Positions 50,528-61,400 of a DNA stretch of 64,000 bases are shown here, piece by piece. Under the pieces are notes generated by a model. It ran no database searches. It was given only the letters and a program-made list of their open reading frames with translations, and was not told the DNA's origin. Position 1 is the stretch's first letter. Every line of letters starts with the position of its first letter. The DNA is from Nitrospirota bacterium (GTDB lineage Bacteria > Nitrospirota > UBA9217), in assembly GCA_963737155.1 (NCBI GenBank), contig CAVTRN010000002.1:224001-288000 (forward strand). Reading direction: 5' to 3'. Both the position numbers and the translations under genes were made by a program.

Positions 50528-50935
50528 ACAGGTAAGAAGCGGATGGAAGCGTTCAGTGAAGGTGTCCTTGCCATCATCATGGTTTTATAAATGAAAGTGA
50601 CCCACGGCATGTGCTCTCCGCGCTAAGGTCCTTGGAACCAGTCTTCTTCAGCTACGTGCTGAGCTTCATCCATATCGGTATCTACTGGAACAATCATCAT
50701 CACATGCTGCATGTCACCCAGCAAGTGAGCGGTGCAATCCTCCGGGCCAAACCTTCACCTGCTCTTCTGGCTCTCGCTCTTTCCCTTCGTGATCGGATGG
50801 ATGGGGGAAAACCACTTCGCACCGGAGTCGACAGCCCTCTATGGTGTGGTCCTGTTCATGGCTGCGGAACCTTATAAGCCCTCTGCATGACAAACGCCAT
50901 GTTGGGGATGGGGTGCGCTCAATCATTGGTTAACC
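50528..50935 (+). pseudogene. TMEM175 (DUF1211) K+ channel, frameshifted
   Basis: RMEAFSEGVLAI, SYVLSF..GIYWNNHHH, LHLLFWLSL, WMGENHFA in different frames. Confidence 0.8.
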
Positions 50936-51112
50936 GGACAATGTAGCCTGAAGGTGGTGTTCTCGAAATATATTTCGCGGTACGGGCCGATGGCCCCACC
51001 GGATCCCACGAGTACCTGCGGGCAAGAGATTCGATCAGCTCAGGCGAACTCAGGGGTTAGTTTTGGAAAACCCGGAACAATTTATCTGTGATAAGAAAGG
51101 CGTGAACGTTTT

Positions 51113-51760
51113 ATGAGTAAACTTCGTGTGTCTTGTTTTGGCATTTCTATTGATGGATTCGGTGCAGGTCCCGACCAGGATTTGAAAAATCCCCTTGGTG
51201 TTGGAGGCCTGAATCTTCACAAATGGCATATTGCCACACGAACCTTTCAAAACCTACTTGGCGACGGTTCTGTGGAAGGAACGACAGGGGTCGATGACGA
51301 TTTTGAAGCTCTCGGGTTTCAAAATATCGGTGCATGGATCATAGGTCGCAATATGTTTGGACCGATTCGAGGTGTTTGGCCGAACCACGACTGGAAGGGC
51401 TGGTGGGGGAGTAATCCGCCATACCACGTCCCTGTTTTCGTATTGACTCACCATTATCGTTCCTCGATCGAGATGAAGGGCGGTACTACATTTCATTTTA
51501 TAACAGACGGTATTGAATCAGCCCTCAAGCAGGCAAGAGAAGCCGCGAGGGGAAAAGACGTCAGGCTTGGTGGGGGTATCGCCACAATTCGAGAATATCT
51601 GAAGGCGGGCCTTGTTGATGAAATGCACCTTGCGATTACTCCGACCCTTTTGGGAACTGGAGAGCATCTACTGAAAGACATTGACCTAACCAGGTTAGGT
51701 TATCAATGTGTGGAACATGTTCCATCTCTAAACGCCACTCACGTTGTCATAAGAAAGTGA
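51113..51760 (+). CDS. DHFR/RibD C-terminal family protein
   Basis: SIDGFGAG, GRNMF, PVFVLTH, LGGG. Confidence 0.9.
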   Translation: MSKLRVSCFGISIDGFGAGPDQDLKNPLGVGGLNLHKWHIATRTFQNLLGDGSVEGTTGVDDDFEALGFQNIGAWIIGRNMFGPIRGVWPNHDWKGWWGSNPPYHVPVFVLTHHYRSSIEMKGGTTFHFITDGIESALKQAREAARGKDVRLGGGIATIREYLKAGLVDEMHLAITPTLLGTGEHLLKDIDLTRLGYQCVEHVPSLNATHVVIRK

Positions 51761-52304
51761 CCGTTTAACTACCAGTTCAACTTAATATCCGGGGATGCCG
51801 CGGATATTGCTGTCACTTTTTTCGGTAAAACCCGCGCCAACCCTTCACAAGTTAACTGAATGTTCATGTACGAGTTACAACCCGAATAGTGCACCGCTGT
51901 TGCAGTACACTTTTTTTCCAGTAGAATATGTCATACTTTACACCACACGTCGTATAAAAAAAATTCGTCAGCTTATTGATCGGGACTCCTCTTGTCATCA
52001 AAAAAGCGCTTAACAGGAAGTACATGAAGCTCAGGATTAAACTCTCACCTACCTCCTCGTTCAGTGGATGATACAACGGGGGGGCACCCTTGTCATATTT
52101 CTGGCATCCCACATGCGCAACTTGGATAGCGAGACTTGTCAAAAAGGCGTAGTATTCCGTTTGAAGCTTTTAGCAACTCTCCGTTCGCTGGCGATTTATA
52201 CAACAAATACAGACTTATTATCTTTTATCAACTATGCTATTAACAGCAATGCACCGTCATCTCCAGGATCATGAAAAGTTTCATAAAAAAATGGACAGCT
52301 AAAG

Positions 52305-55300
52305 ATGCCCCCTCATAATACCGATAAGAAGAATATCATGACTGACCGAACGCGTGCTGATGAATCTCTCCAGGAAGATCGAAAGTTTGCCGAAACTTTG
52401 ATAGAGCATTCCGCAGTTGCTACCTTTGTCCTGGATACGGACCACAGGGTGTTAATCTGGAACAAGGCATGCACTGAGCTCACTGGCTTTCCAGCCTCTC
52501 AAATGATTGGAACGCACAACCAGTGGAAAGCATTTTATGACCACAAACGGCCATGCCTCTCTGACATTGTGCTTGATGGTGAATCTAGCGACTTGCCGAA
52601 CCTATATCCGATTTATGGAAAGTCCGCTCTGTCACCGGGCGCACTGTATGCGGAAGGCTGGTATCAGAATCTAAACGGCAAGGACAGATTCCTTCTCTTC
52701 GATGCTGCCCCTGTATACGATAGCAAGGGTAAGTTAATCGCAGCCATCGAAACGTTGCAAGACATCACAGAGCATAAGCAGGCAGAAGCCCTCAGGGAAT
52801 CAGAAGACAAATTTAGAAATCTGGCAGAGAGGTCTCTGGTCGGGATTTATCTCATACAGGACAGCTTGTTCAGGTATGTCAATCCACGCTTGGCGGAGAT
52901 ATTTGGTTATAAGGTAGAAGAATTATTGCATAAGATAGGGCCAAAAGACCTGGTATTGGAGGAAGATTGGCCGATAGTGGAACAAAACTTTCTGAAACGG
53001 CTATCGGGAGAAGTGGCGGCGAGTCATTATGAATTTAGAGGGATCACGAAAAAAGGCGAGATCGTTTTCGTTGAGGTGTACGGCACGAGATTCCTCAATC
53101 AGGCGCGTCCGGCTGTTATTGGCACGTTATTAGATATTACTGAGAAAAAGGCAGCGCTAGAGGAGTTGCGTCAGAAAGAAATCCACTTGCAAGGCGTACT
53201 GGATTCCACAGCTGACGGTATTCTTGCGGTTGATCATAACGGAAAGGTCATTAAGGCCAACCAGAAATTTGCCGATCTTTGGAGAATTCCTCGATCTATT
53301 ATTGATACGGGCGATGCGCATGCCATGGTGAATTCAGTCGTCGATCAGTTGATCGACCCTGCCGCCTTTATTGATAAAGTCAAGCAACTTTATAGCACGG
53401 CGGATATTGCCAAAGATGTACTTTTTTTCAAGAACGGCCGCGTTTTTGAACGCTATTCAGCACCTCTGGTCGAGAAAGATTCTGTTATCGGAAGGGTATG
53501 GTCCTTCAGCGATGTCACCGAGCGTAGGCACGCGGAGGATGCCCTGCGCCTCAGTGAGGAACGCTTCCGGTTGGCCATGCGAGGCGCGAATGATGGGTTG
53601 TGGGATTGGAATCTAAGAACAAATGAAACTTACTTCTCGCCCCGTTGGAAATCAATGCTAGGATATGCCGATGACGAGTTGGAGAGCCACCTCGACACTT
53701 GGAAGCACCTGTGCCATCCGGACGATCTGGAACCCACCTTTGCCTTTGTGAGCGACGTTCTGGAGGAACGCACAGACAAGTACGAGATTCAATTTCGCAT
53801 GCGTCACAAGGATGGGCATTATCGTGATATCCTGTCACGTGCCTTTCTGCTGCGTGACGAGCAAGGCCGCCCGTTGCGATTGGTGGGCACACACGTGGAC
53901 ATCACCGAGCGTAAGGAGGCAGAGGAGAGGCTTCGTAGGAGCGAAAAGGCCTATCGTCGCATCGTAGAGACGGCGACAGAGGGCATCTGGTCTTTGGATG
54001 GCCAGTACCACACCACCTTCGTCAATGCGGCCATGGCCCAAATGCTGGGATACACGCCCGAAGAAATGATTGGAGCACCCATTGACCAGTTTCTGTTCGA
54101 TGAAGATAAAGAGGACCACCGCTTGCATAGGAACGCCCGCTATCAAGGCATTCGCGAGCATTATGAACAGCGCTATCACCGCAAGGACAACAGCGCATGT
54201 TGGTGCCTGCTCTCTTCCGCGCCGTTGCAGGAAGATGAAGGCCAGTTTTCCGGGTCCTTCGTCATGTGCACGGACATTACAAGTCGTAAAGAGACGGAAG
54301 AGGCATTGCGTAAAAGTGAAGATCAGTTCCGCCAGGCTCAGAAGATGGAAGCAGTTGGCCAGCTCGCTGCAGGGGCGGCGCATGACTTTAATAATATCCT
54401 TACTGCGATGATCGGGTACTCGCACCTCGCGCAGATGAAGTTGCAGGAAAATGATCCGGTCAGACACGATATTGATCAGATTCTAGAGGCGTCCAAGAGG
54501 GCTACCGTACTAACGCAGAGCCTCCTTGCATTCAGCAGGAAACAACCAGTCGACTTGGCAGTGATTGATCTGAATCAGGTTATAAAGGGATTCGAGAAAT
54601 TTCTCCTAAGGCTGATCAGGGAAGATATTGACCTCAGGACTATCCCTTCAGTAGATGCTCTGACCGTAATGGCTGACAGGAGCCAACTAGAGCAAGTGAT
54701 TATGAACCTTGTAGCCAATGCCCGTGACGCCATGCCCAATGGGGGGCAGCTGATTATAAAAACGGAATTCAGCATCATGAACGACGAGTTTATCAAGGCT
54801 CATGGATTCGGTAAGGCGGGACAATACGCTCTCATGTCGGTGTCTGACACGGGAACAGGAATGGATGAACACACTAGATCAAGGATATTTGAACCATTCT
54901 TTACGACGAAAGAGGAGGGGAAAGGCACAGGACTTGGTCTTGCTATGGTATTCGGTATCGTCAAGAAACATGACGGGTTCATCCTTGTCTATAGTGAACC
55001 GGGGAAAGGAACCAGTTTCAAAATATATCTTCCTATTGTTCGAACTGCAGCAAAGACAGACAATAACAGTATAGCTGAACCGACAAGGCCGCGGGGTGGA
55101 ACGGAGAGCATTCTGGTGGCAGACAACGATGCTTCTCTAAGAAGCCTGTACAAAGATGTCCTGAATCAGTTTGGTTATAGCGTGATAGAAGCTGTCGACG
55201 GTGCTGACGCCGTTTTAAAGTTTACGCAGAACGTGGATAAGATTCAGCTCGTTATCTTGGACGGGATCATGCCCTCACTGAATGGGAAAGAAGTACTCGA

Positions 55301-55466
55301 AAAAATGAAAGCAGTGAGCCGGAATATCAAGTGCTTGTTCGTGACTGGATATGCCGAATATGTCTTTGAGAAAAATGACTCTCAGAACAATGAAGTGGAA
55401 TTTATGCTCAAGCCGGTCACCCTGGAAAATCTTCTGAAAAAGATTAGAGACTTGCTCGATAAATAG
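52305..55466 (+). CDS. Multi-PAS hybrid sensor histidine kinase
   Basis: About five PAS domains, AHDFNN, NARDAM, FEPFFTTK, C-terminal receiver. Confidence 0.95.
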   Translation: MPPHNTDKKNIMTDRTRADESLQEDRKFAETLIEHSAVATFVLDTDHRVLIWNKACTELTGFPASQMIGTHNQWKAFYDHKRPCLSDIVLDGESSDLPNLYPIYGKSALSPGALYAEGWYQNLNGKDRFLLFDAAPVYDSKGKLIAAIETLQDITEHKQAEALRESEDKFRNLAERSLVGIYLIQDSLFRYVNPRLAEIFGYKVEELLHKIGPKDLVLEEDWPIVEQNFLKRLSGEVAASHYEFRGITKKGEIVFVEVYGTRFLNQARPAVIGTLLDITEKKAALEELRQKEIHLQGVLDSTADGILAVDHNGKVIKANQKFADLWRIPRSIIDTGDAHAMVNSVVDQLIDPAAFIDKVKQLYSTADIAKDVLFFKNGRVFERYSAPLVEKDSVIGRVWSFSDVTERRHAEDALRLSEERFRLAMRGANDGLWDWNLRTNETYFSPRWKSMLGYADDELESHLDTWKHLCHPDDLEPTFAFVSDVLEERTDKYEIQFRMRHKDGHYRDILSRAFLLRDEQGRPLRLVGTHVDITERKEAEERLRRSEKAYRRIVETATEGIWSLDGQYHTTFVNAAMAQMLGYTPEEMIGAPIDQFLFDEDKEDHRLHRNARYQGIREHYEQRYHRKDNSACWCLLSSAPLQEDEGQFSGSFVMCTDITSRKETEEALRKSEDQFRQAQKMEAVGQLAAGAAHDFNNILTAMIGYSHLAQMKLQENDPVRHDIDQILEASKRATVLTQSLLAFSRKQPVDLAVIDLNQVIKGFEKFLLRLIREDIDLRTIPSVDALTVMADRSQLEQVIMNLVANARDAMPNGGQLIIKTEFSIMNDEFIKAHGFGKAGQYALMSVSDTGTGMDEHTRSRIFEPFFTTKEEGKGTGLGLAMVFGIVKKHDGFILVYSEPGKGTSFKIYLPIVRTAAKTDNNSIAEPTRPRGGTESILVADNDASLRSLYKDVLNQFGYSVIEAVDGADAVLKFTQNVDKIQLVILDGIMPSLNGKEVLEKMKAVSRNIKCLFVTGYAEYVFEKNDSQNNEVEFMLKPVTLENLLKKIRDLLDK

Positions 55467-56039
55467 ATGGTCAGACGTGACCTCAAAGCGGCAGCGTAAC
55501 GAGTTGAAAATAGGAGCGGGATATGGGCTCGATTCATCCCTGTCGTTCTTGGAAGAAGACAGACAAAATGGGGTCAGATTTCGATATCGACATTATTGCC
55601 TGTATGTTTACATAATCATAATACAATGTGTATTAGACCGCCAGTTGGTTGTAGATGCTCCTTATCTGTGATGAATCTAATATATATTCATGTCGCAACC
55701 AATAGTCTTTACCCTTGTAAATAAAATTGGCATTCCATGCTTGTAGGTTATCTCACGCAACCTTTCCACTCATTATCATGTTTATCTACTGGTTGAATTG
55801 TGCACTCCCAGCCTATCTTCTCTATCCGAGAATATCTTTTGCGTTGAAGAATTCCCGGGCTCCCTGCCCTTTATGATTCACCGTAGTAAAGATTTTCATA
55901 CTACCAGACCCACCGATATAATGTTTTGGGCCTAAGATAAAATACCCAGAAATATAGGATGTTTTTACAATTACATTCCTGGCAGGCCCTTGGTATAGTG
56001 TAATCAAGAGAAGAGAAAAACGAAAAGGAGGTAAATAAA

Positions 56040-56285
56040 ATGCTTACATACGAGAGAGGTAACAGGATGGAAACAGGTGTCAAGCTGTTGGCAGCCCCGA
56101 TTATAGGGTTGCTCTATGTGGTCTCTCTACCGTTTATCGGCATAGTGACCTTGGCCGCTGTCGCAGGCCGTAAGGTTTTGGACGTCGTGGCCAGCGTGGC
56201 CGGCAAGACTATTTCGTTTGGATGGAGACCCGTGGAGGCGTATTTAGCAGGTAAGAAGAAAGGGCAGGGAAAGGGCGCCAAGTAG
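56040..56285 (+). CDS. Small membrane protein, paralog of downstream gene
   Basis: AAPIIGLLYV...FGWRPVEAYLAGKK; AGGAGG RBS. Confidence 0.75.
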   Translation: MLTYERGNRMETGVKLLAAPIIGLLYVVSLPFIGIVTLAAVAGRKVLDVVASVAGKTISFGWRPVEAYLAGKKKGQGKGAK

Positions 56286-56383
56286 CAGCTCGGCGCAGGT
56301 AACCGGTTACAGCGTTCGCACAGTGCATGAAACAACGAAAAGGGTGCGGATGGTAACGAACATCTATAGAGAGGAGGAAATCC

Positions 56384-56803
56384 ATGTATACGATGGTTGA
56401 TTTTGTCACTCATGTGAAGGGGATCGAGTATATCCTGTCTCTTCTAGCTATTGCAGTGTTCCTGGTGTTCTGGGAGAGCCTGAAGCCGAGACCGTTCAGG
56501 ACCGTGCTCAACACTGGACGTGACGATCTGATGTATATCAGGGAGTCCGGTGGGGTAGGTCACCTAATGAAGAGCGTCGGCAGGATAGCAGCCGTACCGT
56601 TCATCGGTCTGGCTTATATCGTGATGTTGCCGATCGGGTTCTTCGTTGCCCTGGCCGCCGCAGTGGTCAATCTAGCCATCAAGGGCGTAGCGAGCGTCGC
56701 AGGGAAGAGTGTGACCTTTGAATGGAGGCCCGTGGAGGCTTATTTGGCAGGCAGGAAGAATAAAAAGGAAAAGGGTGGGGCCAAGAATGGCGACGTGAAA
56801 TAG
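56384..56803 (+). CDS. Small membrane protein with HmcD-like N-terminus
   Basis: MYTMVDFVTHVKGIEYIL; C-terminal WRPVEAYLAG domain. Confidence 0.7.
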   Translation: MYTMVDFVTHVKGIEYILSLLAIAVFLVFWESLKPRPFRTVLNTGRDDLMYIRESGGVGHLMKSVGRIAAVPFIGLAYIVMLPIGFFVALAAAVVNLAIKGVASVAGKSVTFEWRPVEAYLAGRKNKKEKGGAKNGDVK

Positions 56804-56886
56804 GTCCCCCTGCCATTAGACGGGAACTGGTTCCATCATAATATATAGAATTGTATTTATTGCCCTGTATATAGTGAGTTACAAAA

Positions 56887-56914
56887 AGCCTCACTTGCAA
56901 TTAAAAGTGAGGCT
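56887..56914. terminator. Hairpin, possible terminator
   Basis: AGCCTCACTT...AAGTGAGGCT. Confidence 0.5.
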
Positions 56915-56986
56915 AAATATTGAGAAATATTATGAGTCAGTTACCCCGCTCTTTTTCTTGACTTTCACTTAGTACGCTAATTCAAT

Positions 56987-57016
56987 GGGTTGCAGGCTTA
57001 CTGCAGCCCTTTTTTG
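56987..57016 (+). terminator. Intrinsic terminator
   Basis: GGGTTGCAG-loop-CTGCAGCCC followed by T7. Confidence 0.65.
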
Positions 57017-57406
57017 TTGATTTTGGGGTCGTCTTCTAACAATCTTCTAACACTTTCCAATGGGTGTCCTGAGGCTGCTCCGCAAATCCGATGATCATAT
57101 CAAATCGTTCTGGTTATTCAGGATGCACCTCCTTCAATAAATACCAATAGACATTGAGCGTAGTTGAGATATTCGAGTGTCCGACCTGTCTTACAACACC
57201 CAGAAAAAAATGTATCCAGGGTCACATACTACTTTAGGATTCCCGTATATCATTTAATTCAACGCCACGTTTCGATTTGAAATATATTCTGCCGATGAGG
57301 CAACCCTGAGGGAGCGTTTAGATTAGTAAAAAGGAATAACAACGGGTTCCTCCTAACATAGCTCCGGGGCCATTCACACCGGAGTCTGGACAGACGAGTG
57401 AGCTGA

Positions 57407-58273
57407 GTGACCACATTGATCGACAAGCCATCGGGAAACCATGGCACGATGCATCGCCAGAAGGGTGGATCCAACGAGTGTCCGCCCGCCGTGGGAAACA
57501 CCGTACCTTCTCAGATATTGATCGTTGACGACGATACCGCTCTCCTCGAGCGATATGTGGAGAGTTTTTCCGACTCCTACCGAGTCGTCACAGTCCAGAC
57601 CGGCAGGGTCGCGATCGAGCGGGTGAAACGCCGCAGCGACATCGATCTCGTTGTCGTTGAATATCGGCTGTCCGACATGTCCGGCATCGACGTTATGAAA
57701 GAGATCAAGGACATTGAACCCTCCGTACTCGTTCTCATCGCCACGGCATACGGCGACGAGGAGGTGGCAGTCGAGGCATTTAGGAGCGGCGCCCGCGATT
57801 ACCTCAAGAAGCCATTCAGCATGTCCGAGCTTTCCACGAAGATCGACTTCTATCTCGCTCTCAGGCACGCGGATAAACGGCGCAGAAAGAACATCCTTCC
57901 CGGGTCCGATGAGTCGGCGCAGCCGGGAATGCCACATTCCGCCGTCACCCTCAGCCAGTACAATAAGATCCAGCAGGCCGTTCGTTTTATCAACGACAAT
58001 TACCGAACCGACATCCGCCTTGACATTGTCGCCTGGGAGGCCAGAATGTCACCGGCACACTTTTCGAGAACATTCAAAAAGGTGATGGGCTTGTCCTATC
58101 AGGACTATATCAACAGCCGCAGAATAACGAAGGCCAAGAACCTGCTCCGCACCAGCCCTTGGAATGTAACCGAAATCGCCGTCTCTCTTGGTTTTGCCGA
58201 TCCAACCGGCTTCGGCAGAATTTTCAAAAAGCTCACCGGCCATACGCCTTCCGCTTTCAGAAGCCTGCCCTAG
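57407..58273 (+). CDS. Response regulator with AraC-type HTH (start uncertain)
   Basis: ILIVDDD, TAYG, KKPF; HFSRTFKK, FGRIFKK..G.TPSAFR. Confidence 0.9.
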   Translation: MTTLIDKPSGNHGTMHRQKGGSNECPPAVGNTVPSQILIVDDDTALLERYVESFSDSYRVVTVQTGRVAIERVKRRSDIDLVVVEYRLSDMSGIDVMKEIKDIEPSVLVLIATAYGDEEVAVEAFRSGARDYLKKPFSMSELSTKIDFYLALRHADKRRRKNILPGSDESAQPGMPHSAVTLSQYNKIQQAVRFINDNYRTDIRLDIVAWEARMSPAHFSRTFKKVMGLSYQDYINSRRITKAKNLLRTSPWNVTEIAVSLGFADPTGFGRIFKKLTGHTPSAFRSLP

Positions 58274-58430
58274 AAGTGATTTTTTTCCCAAAAGAGCATA
58301 AAAAGCCGAGAGCATGTCATATATAGCCGAGACAGGAGCGGTTGACATTTGCTAAGGTTATCCGCAACCGCAGCAATAGTCACATTCGTACCTCCGGATC
58401 ACAGCCCGTGAGAAAGGAACAAGGTGCCGT

Positions 58431-61400
58431 ATGTGCTCGAAGCGGAAGTCTTCAAAGTTGGGAAATTTCCTTAAGGCCCTTTTGTCATGGGGAATAAGGC
58501 CCGGTTTTACGTTTCTCCTCTTTTTCCTCCTCATAGACACGGCCCACTCCGCAGAGGCGGCGAAGATCAAGTGCTCCGTAGCGCCCGCTCCTACGGAGGC
58601 GGTGCAGAAGAACAACCCCGCAAACCAGACTACCGCAACCATCGGCGTGCCTTTCACCTATACCATCACGGCGCCGGTCCAGGGAACCCAGGACCAGGTG
58701 GGGTGCCTCAGAGTTACCAAGTGCGCGGACGACATAGCGGTATCGAATGTTATTGTCACCGACGACCTCACGAAGACGGGCGCGTCCCTTACGTACGTTA
58801 TGAACGCCGCCTACCTGGTGAATACCGCAAGCGGCGCGCGGACTCCGGTAAACGGAGGCGTGCCCCTTGTTTTAGGCGCAAGCAGCTCCTGGCTTTCAAA
58901 CCATCCCGGGATACTGTCCGATTCCACCAAGCACCTGGTATTTTCCTATGAAAATAATCCAGCCCTGGCGTCCATCCCGGCCGGAGACAACATCGAGATA
59001 GACCTTACGGTCGTCCTTGACAACGTCCCGTCGAACATAGCGCAGACGCAGTTTTCAAACACCGCCAACATGTGGTTCGACAAGACGACTAACGGGACCG
59101 TCCTGACGAACCAGGAGGCCCTGCCCGGCACAACGCCGCCCATGACGATCGTCGAGCCCAACCTCGTTGTCACGAAGACGAGTTCGGTTTCGAACGTCTC
59201 CACCGGATCAAAGGTGCTTTATACCGTGAATGTCCAGAACATCGGCGCGTCGGGCGCATGGAATACTACGGTCACCGACAATATCCCTGCCGGCATGTGC
59301 ACCTATGACGTAAGGCCCACGATAACCGCGGCGATTTATGCCGCCGACGGCGTCACCCCGGTCTCGGGGCCGCTCGCTGCCGGCACCGACTTTGCGGTCA
59401 CCTGGAACGGCGGGACCTCGTCATCCTGCCAGCTGACCCTTGCCCTTTTAACGCAAAAGGCCATGATCGGGCCCGACCAGCATTTCATCGTAACCTACCA
59501 GGCAATGCTCGATAACGGCATATCGTCCGGCACGTTCACCAATGTGGCCGGCGCCACGCTCTGGTATAGCGCGAGCAGCTCCTATAGCGGCCGTCGCGAG
59601 TACAGCCGGACGCTCACCAATGGAACGCCCGGGGTTCTCGATTTCCAAGACGCCTGCACCGTCACGGTGGCCTCTTCCAACTATTATCTCCTGAAATCGG
59701 TCGGAGATTTGACGACTGGCGTATATCCGGCAACGTCAGCCTTCCCCGGCGACACGCTCCAGTATACGCTCCAGATCCAGAACTTCACCGCAGCCACGAT
59801 GAACAATATCAAGATAACGGACGACCTCGGTGCCCTGAATGGAGCCAACTTCTTCACTGCAGGCTCGCTTTCCCTTGCCGGCACCAACCTCCCCGCGGGG
59901 ACCTATAGCATCTGTCCCACCTGCGGAACGAACGGGTCAGGTACCGTCACTATAAGCGGCCTTACGATCGCCCCCAATACGCAGTACCAGATCCAGTTCA
60001 ACGTTACGCTGGGAGGAAGCTTATCGAACGGCACCATTGTCAAAAACCAGGCAAGCCAGACCGGCACCGATTCGGCAACCCAAAAATGTTCCGGCGTGAG
60101 CACCAATCCGAATACGAACGGGCCATCACCCCTTGGACAGACAAGCGATGTCACCTCCGTCAACATCATAGTGCCGGCTGGCCTGACGAAGACGTCTCCG
60201 GTTCCCGGGACCGCAACGATCGGGCAGCAGTTCAGCTATACCATCACGGTGCCTGCCGCCCCGGCAAGCGCCACCCTTACCGATGTACACATCCTGGACA
60301 GCCTGCCCCCGAACGTGAGCTTCGTAAGTGCTTCAATAGTATCGGGAGGCACCTGGAACATCATCAGTACCGGCACCGCGACCAGCCTCGTCCTCCAGGA
60401 CTCGGGCAGCGGCATCGACATACCCGCAGGCGGCCAGGCCGTCATCAAGGTGACCGTGGCCCTTAATAACATGTCTGCAAACGTGAGCGGCGTGTCCTTC
60501 ACGAACAGCGCATCGTATACCTATACCAAGAAAAAAGGATGCGGCGCGACAACGACCACGACCGGCGGTTCGGGAACCAGCGCCCCTATGACGGTCGTCG
60601 AGCCGCACCTCACTATCACGAAATCGGTGAGCTATTTTTCGCCGTCCGGCACACCGGCCGGAAGCCCCGCCGCCGTGGGTGACGTACTTCTCTATACCAT
60701 CACCATGGCCAACAGTGGAAATTCAACCGCGTATAATGCCGACGTCATCGATACGCTACCGCCCGGCACAGCGCTTATCGCCGGTTCCGCCACGGCAAAT
60801 ATAAACGGATCTCCGGTGGCCGGATTCAATCCGACCCCGGCCGTTCTAGCCGACGGCGTCATGGACTGGGGCTATCAGAATGGAGATAGCAGCCTAGTCA
60901 TACCCGCAGGCGGGAAACTTGTGGTAACGTTCCAGGCGAAAGTCTCCTCGGTTACCGGAACGCCGATCGTCAACACCGCCTATACGGCATGGACATCGCT
61001 TGCGGGCAGTAATCCCGGCATGCGTACCGGCGCGGGCTGCCCGAACATCACACAGCCCAACAACTATTGTTCCGGCCCTGCCACGGCAACTGTGACATCG
61101 CAGGACCCAACGGCCCTTTCTAAAACCGTGGTCTCCGGCACCTGGAACGGCGGACCAGGAGCCGCCACCCTCCGCATAGGCGACACCGCCCTTTACAGCC
61201 TGGCACTGACCGTCCGTTCCGGAACGACCCAGAACGTGGTGGTGACAGACACGCTTCCCGCCGGACTCTTCTATGACGGCATGGTGTCCATCGCCCCCGC
61301 CTCGGGCGGAAATTTCACTTACGCCGTTTCTTCCCAACCGTCTCTGGGCGCTACCGGGCTTTTGACCTGGAACCTCGGGAACATTTCCAATCTATCGGTC

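Noticed and set aside
51040-51770. RibD-like gene as a cassette
   Set aside because: Upstream GTTAGTT and downstream GTTTAAC are not complementary and no attC hairpin follows
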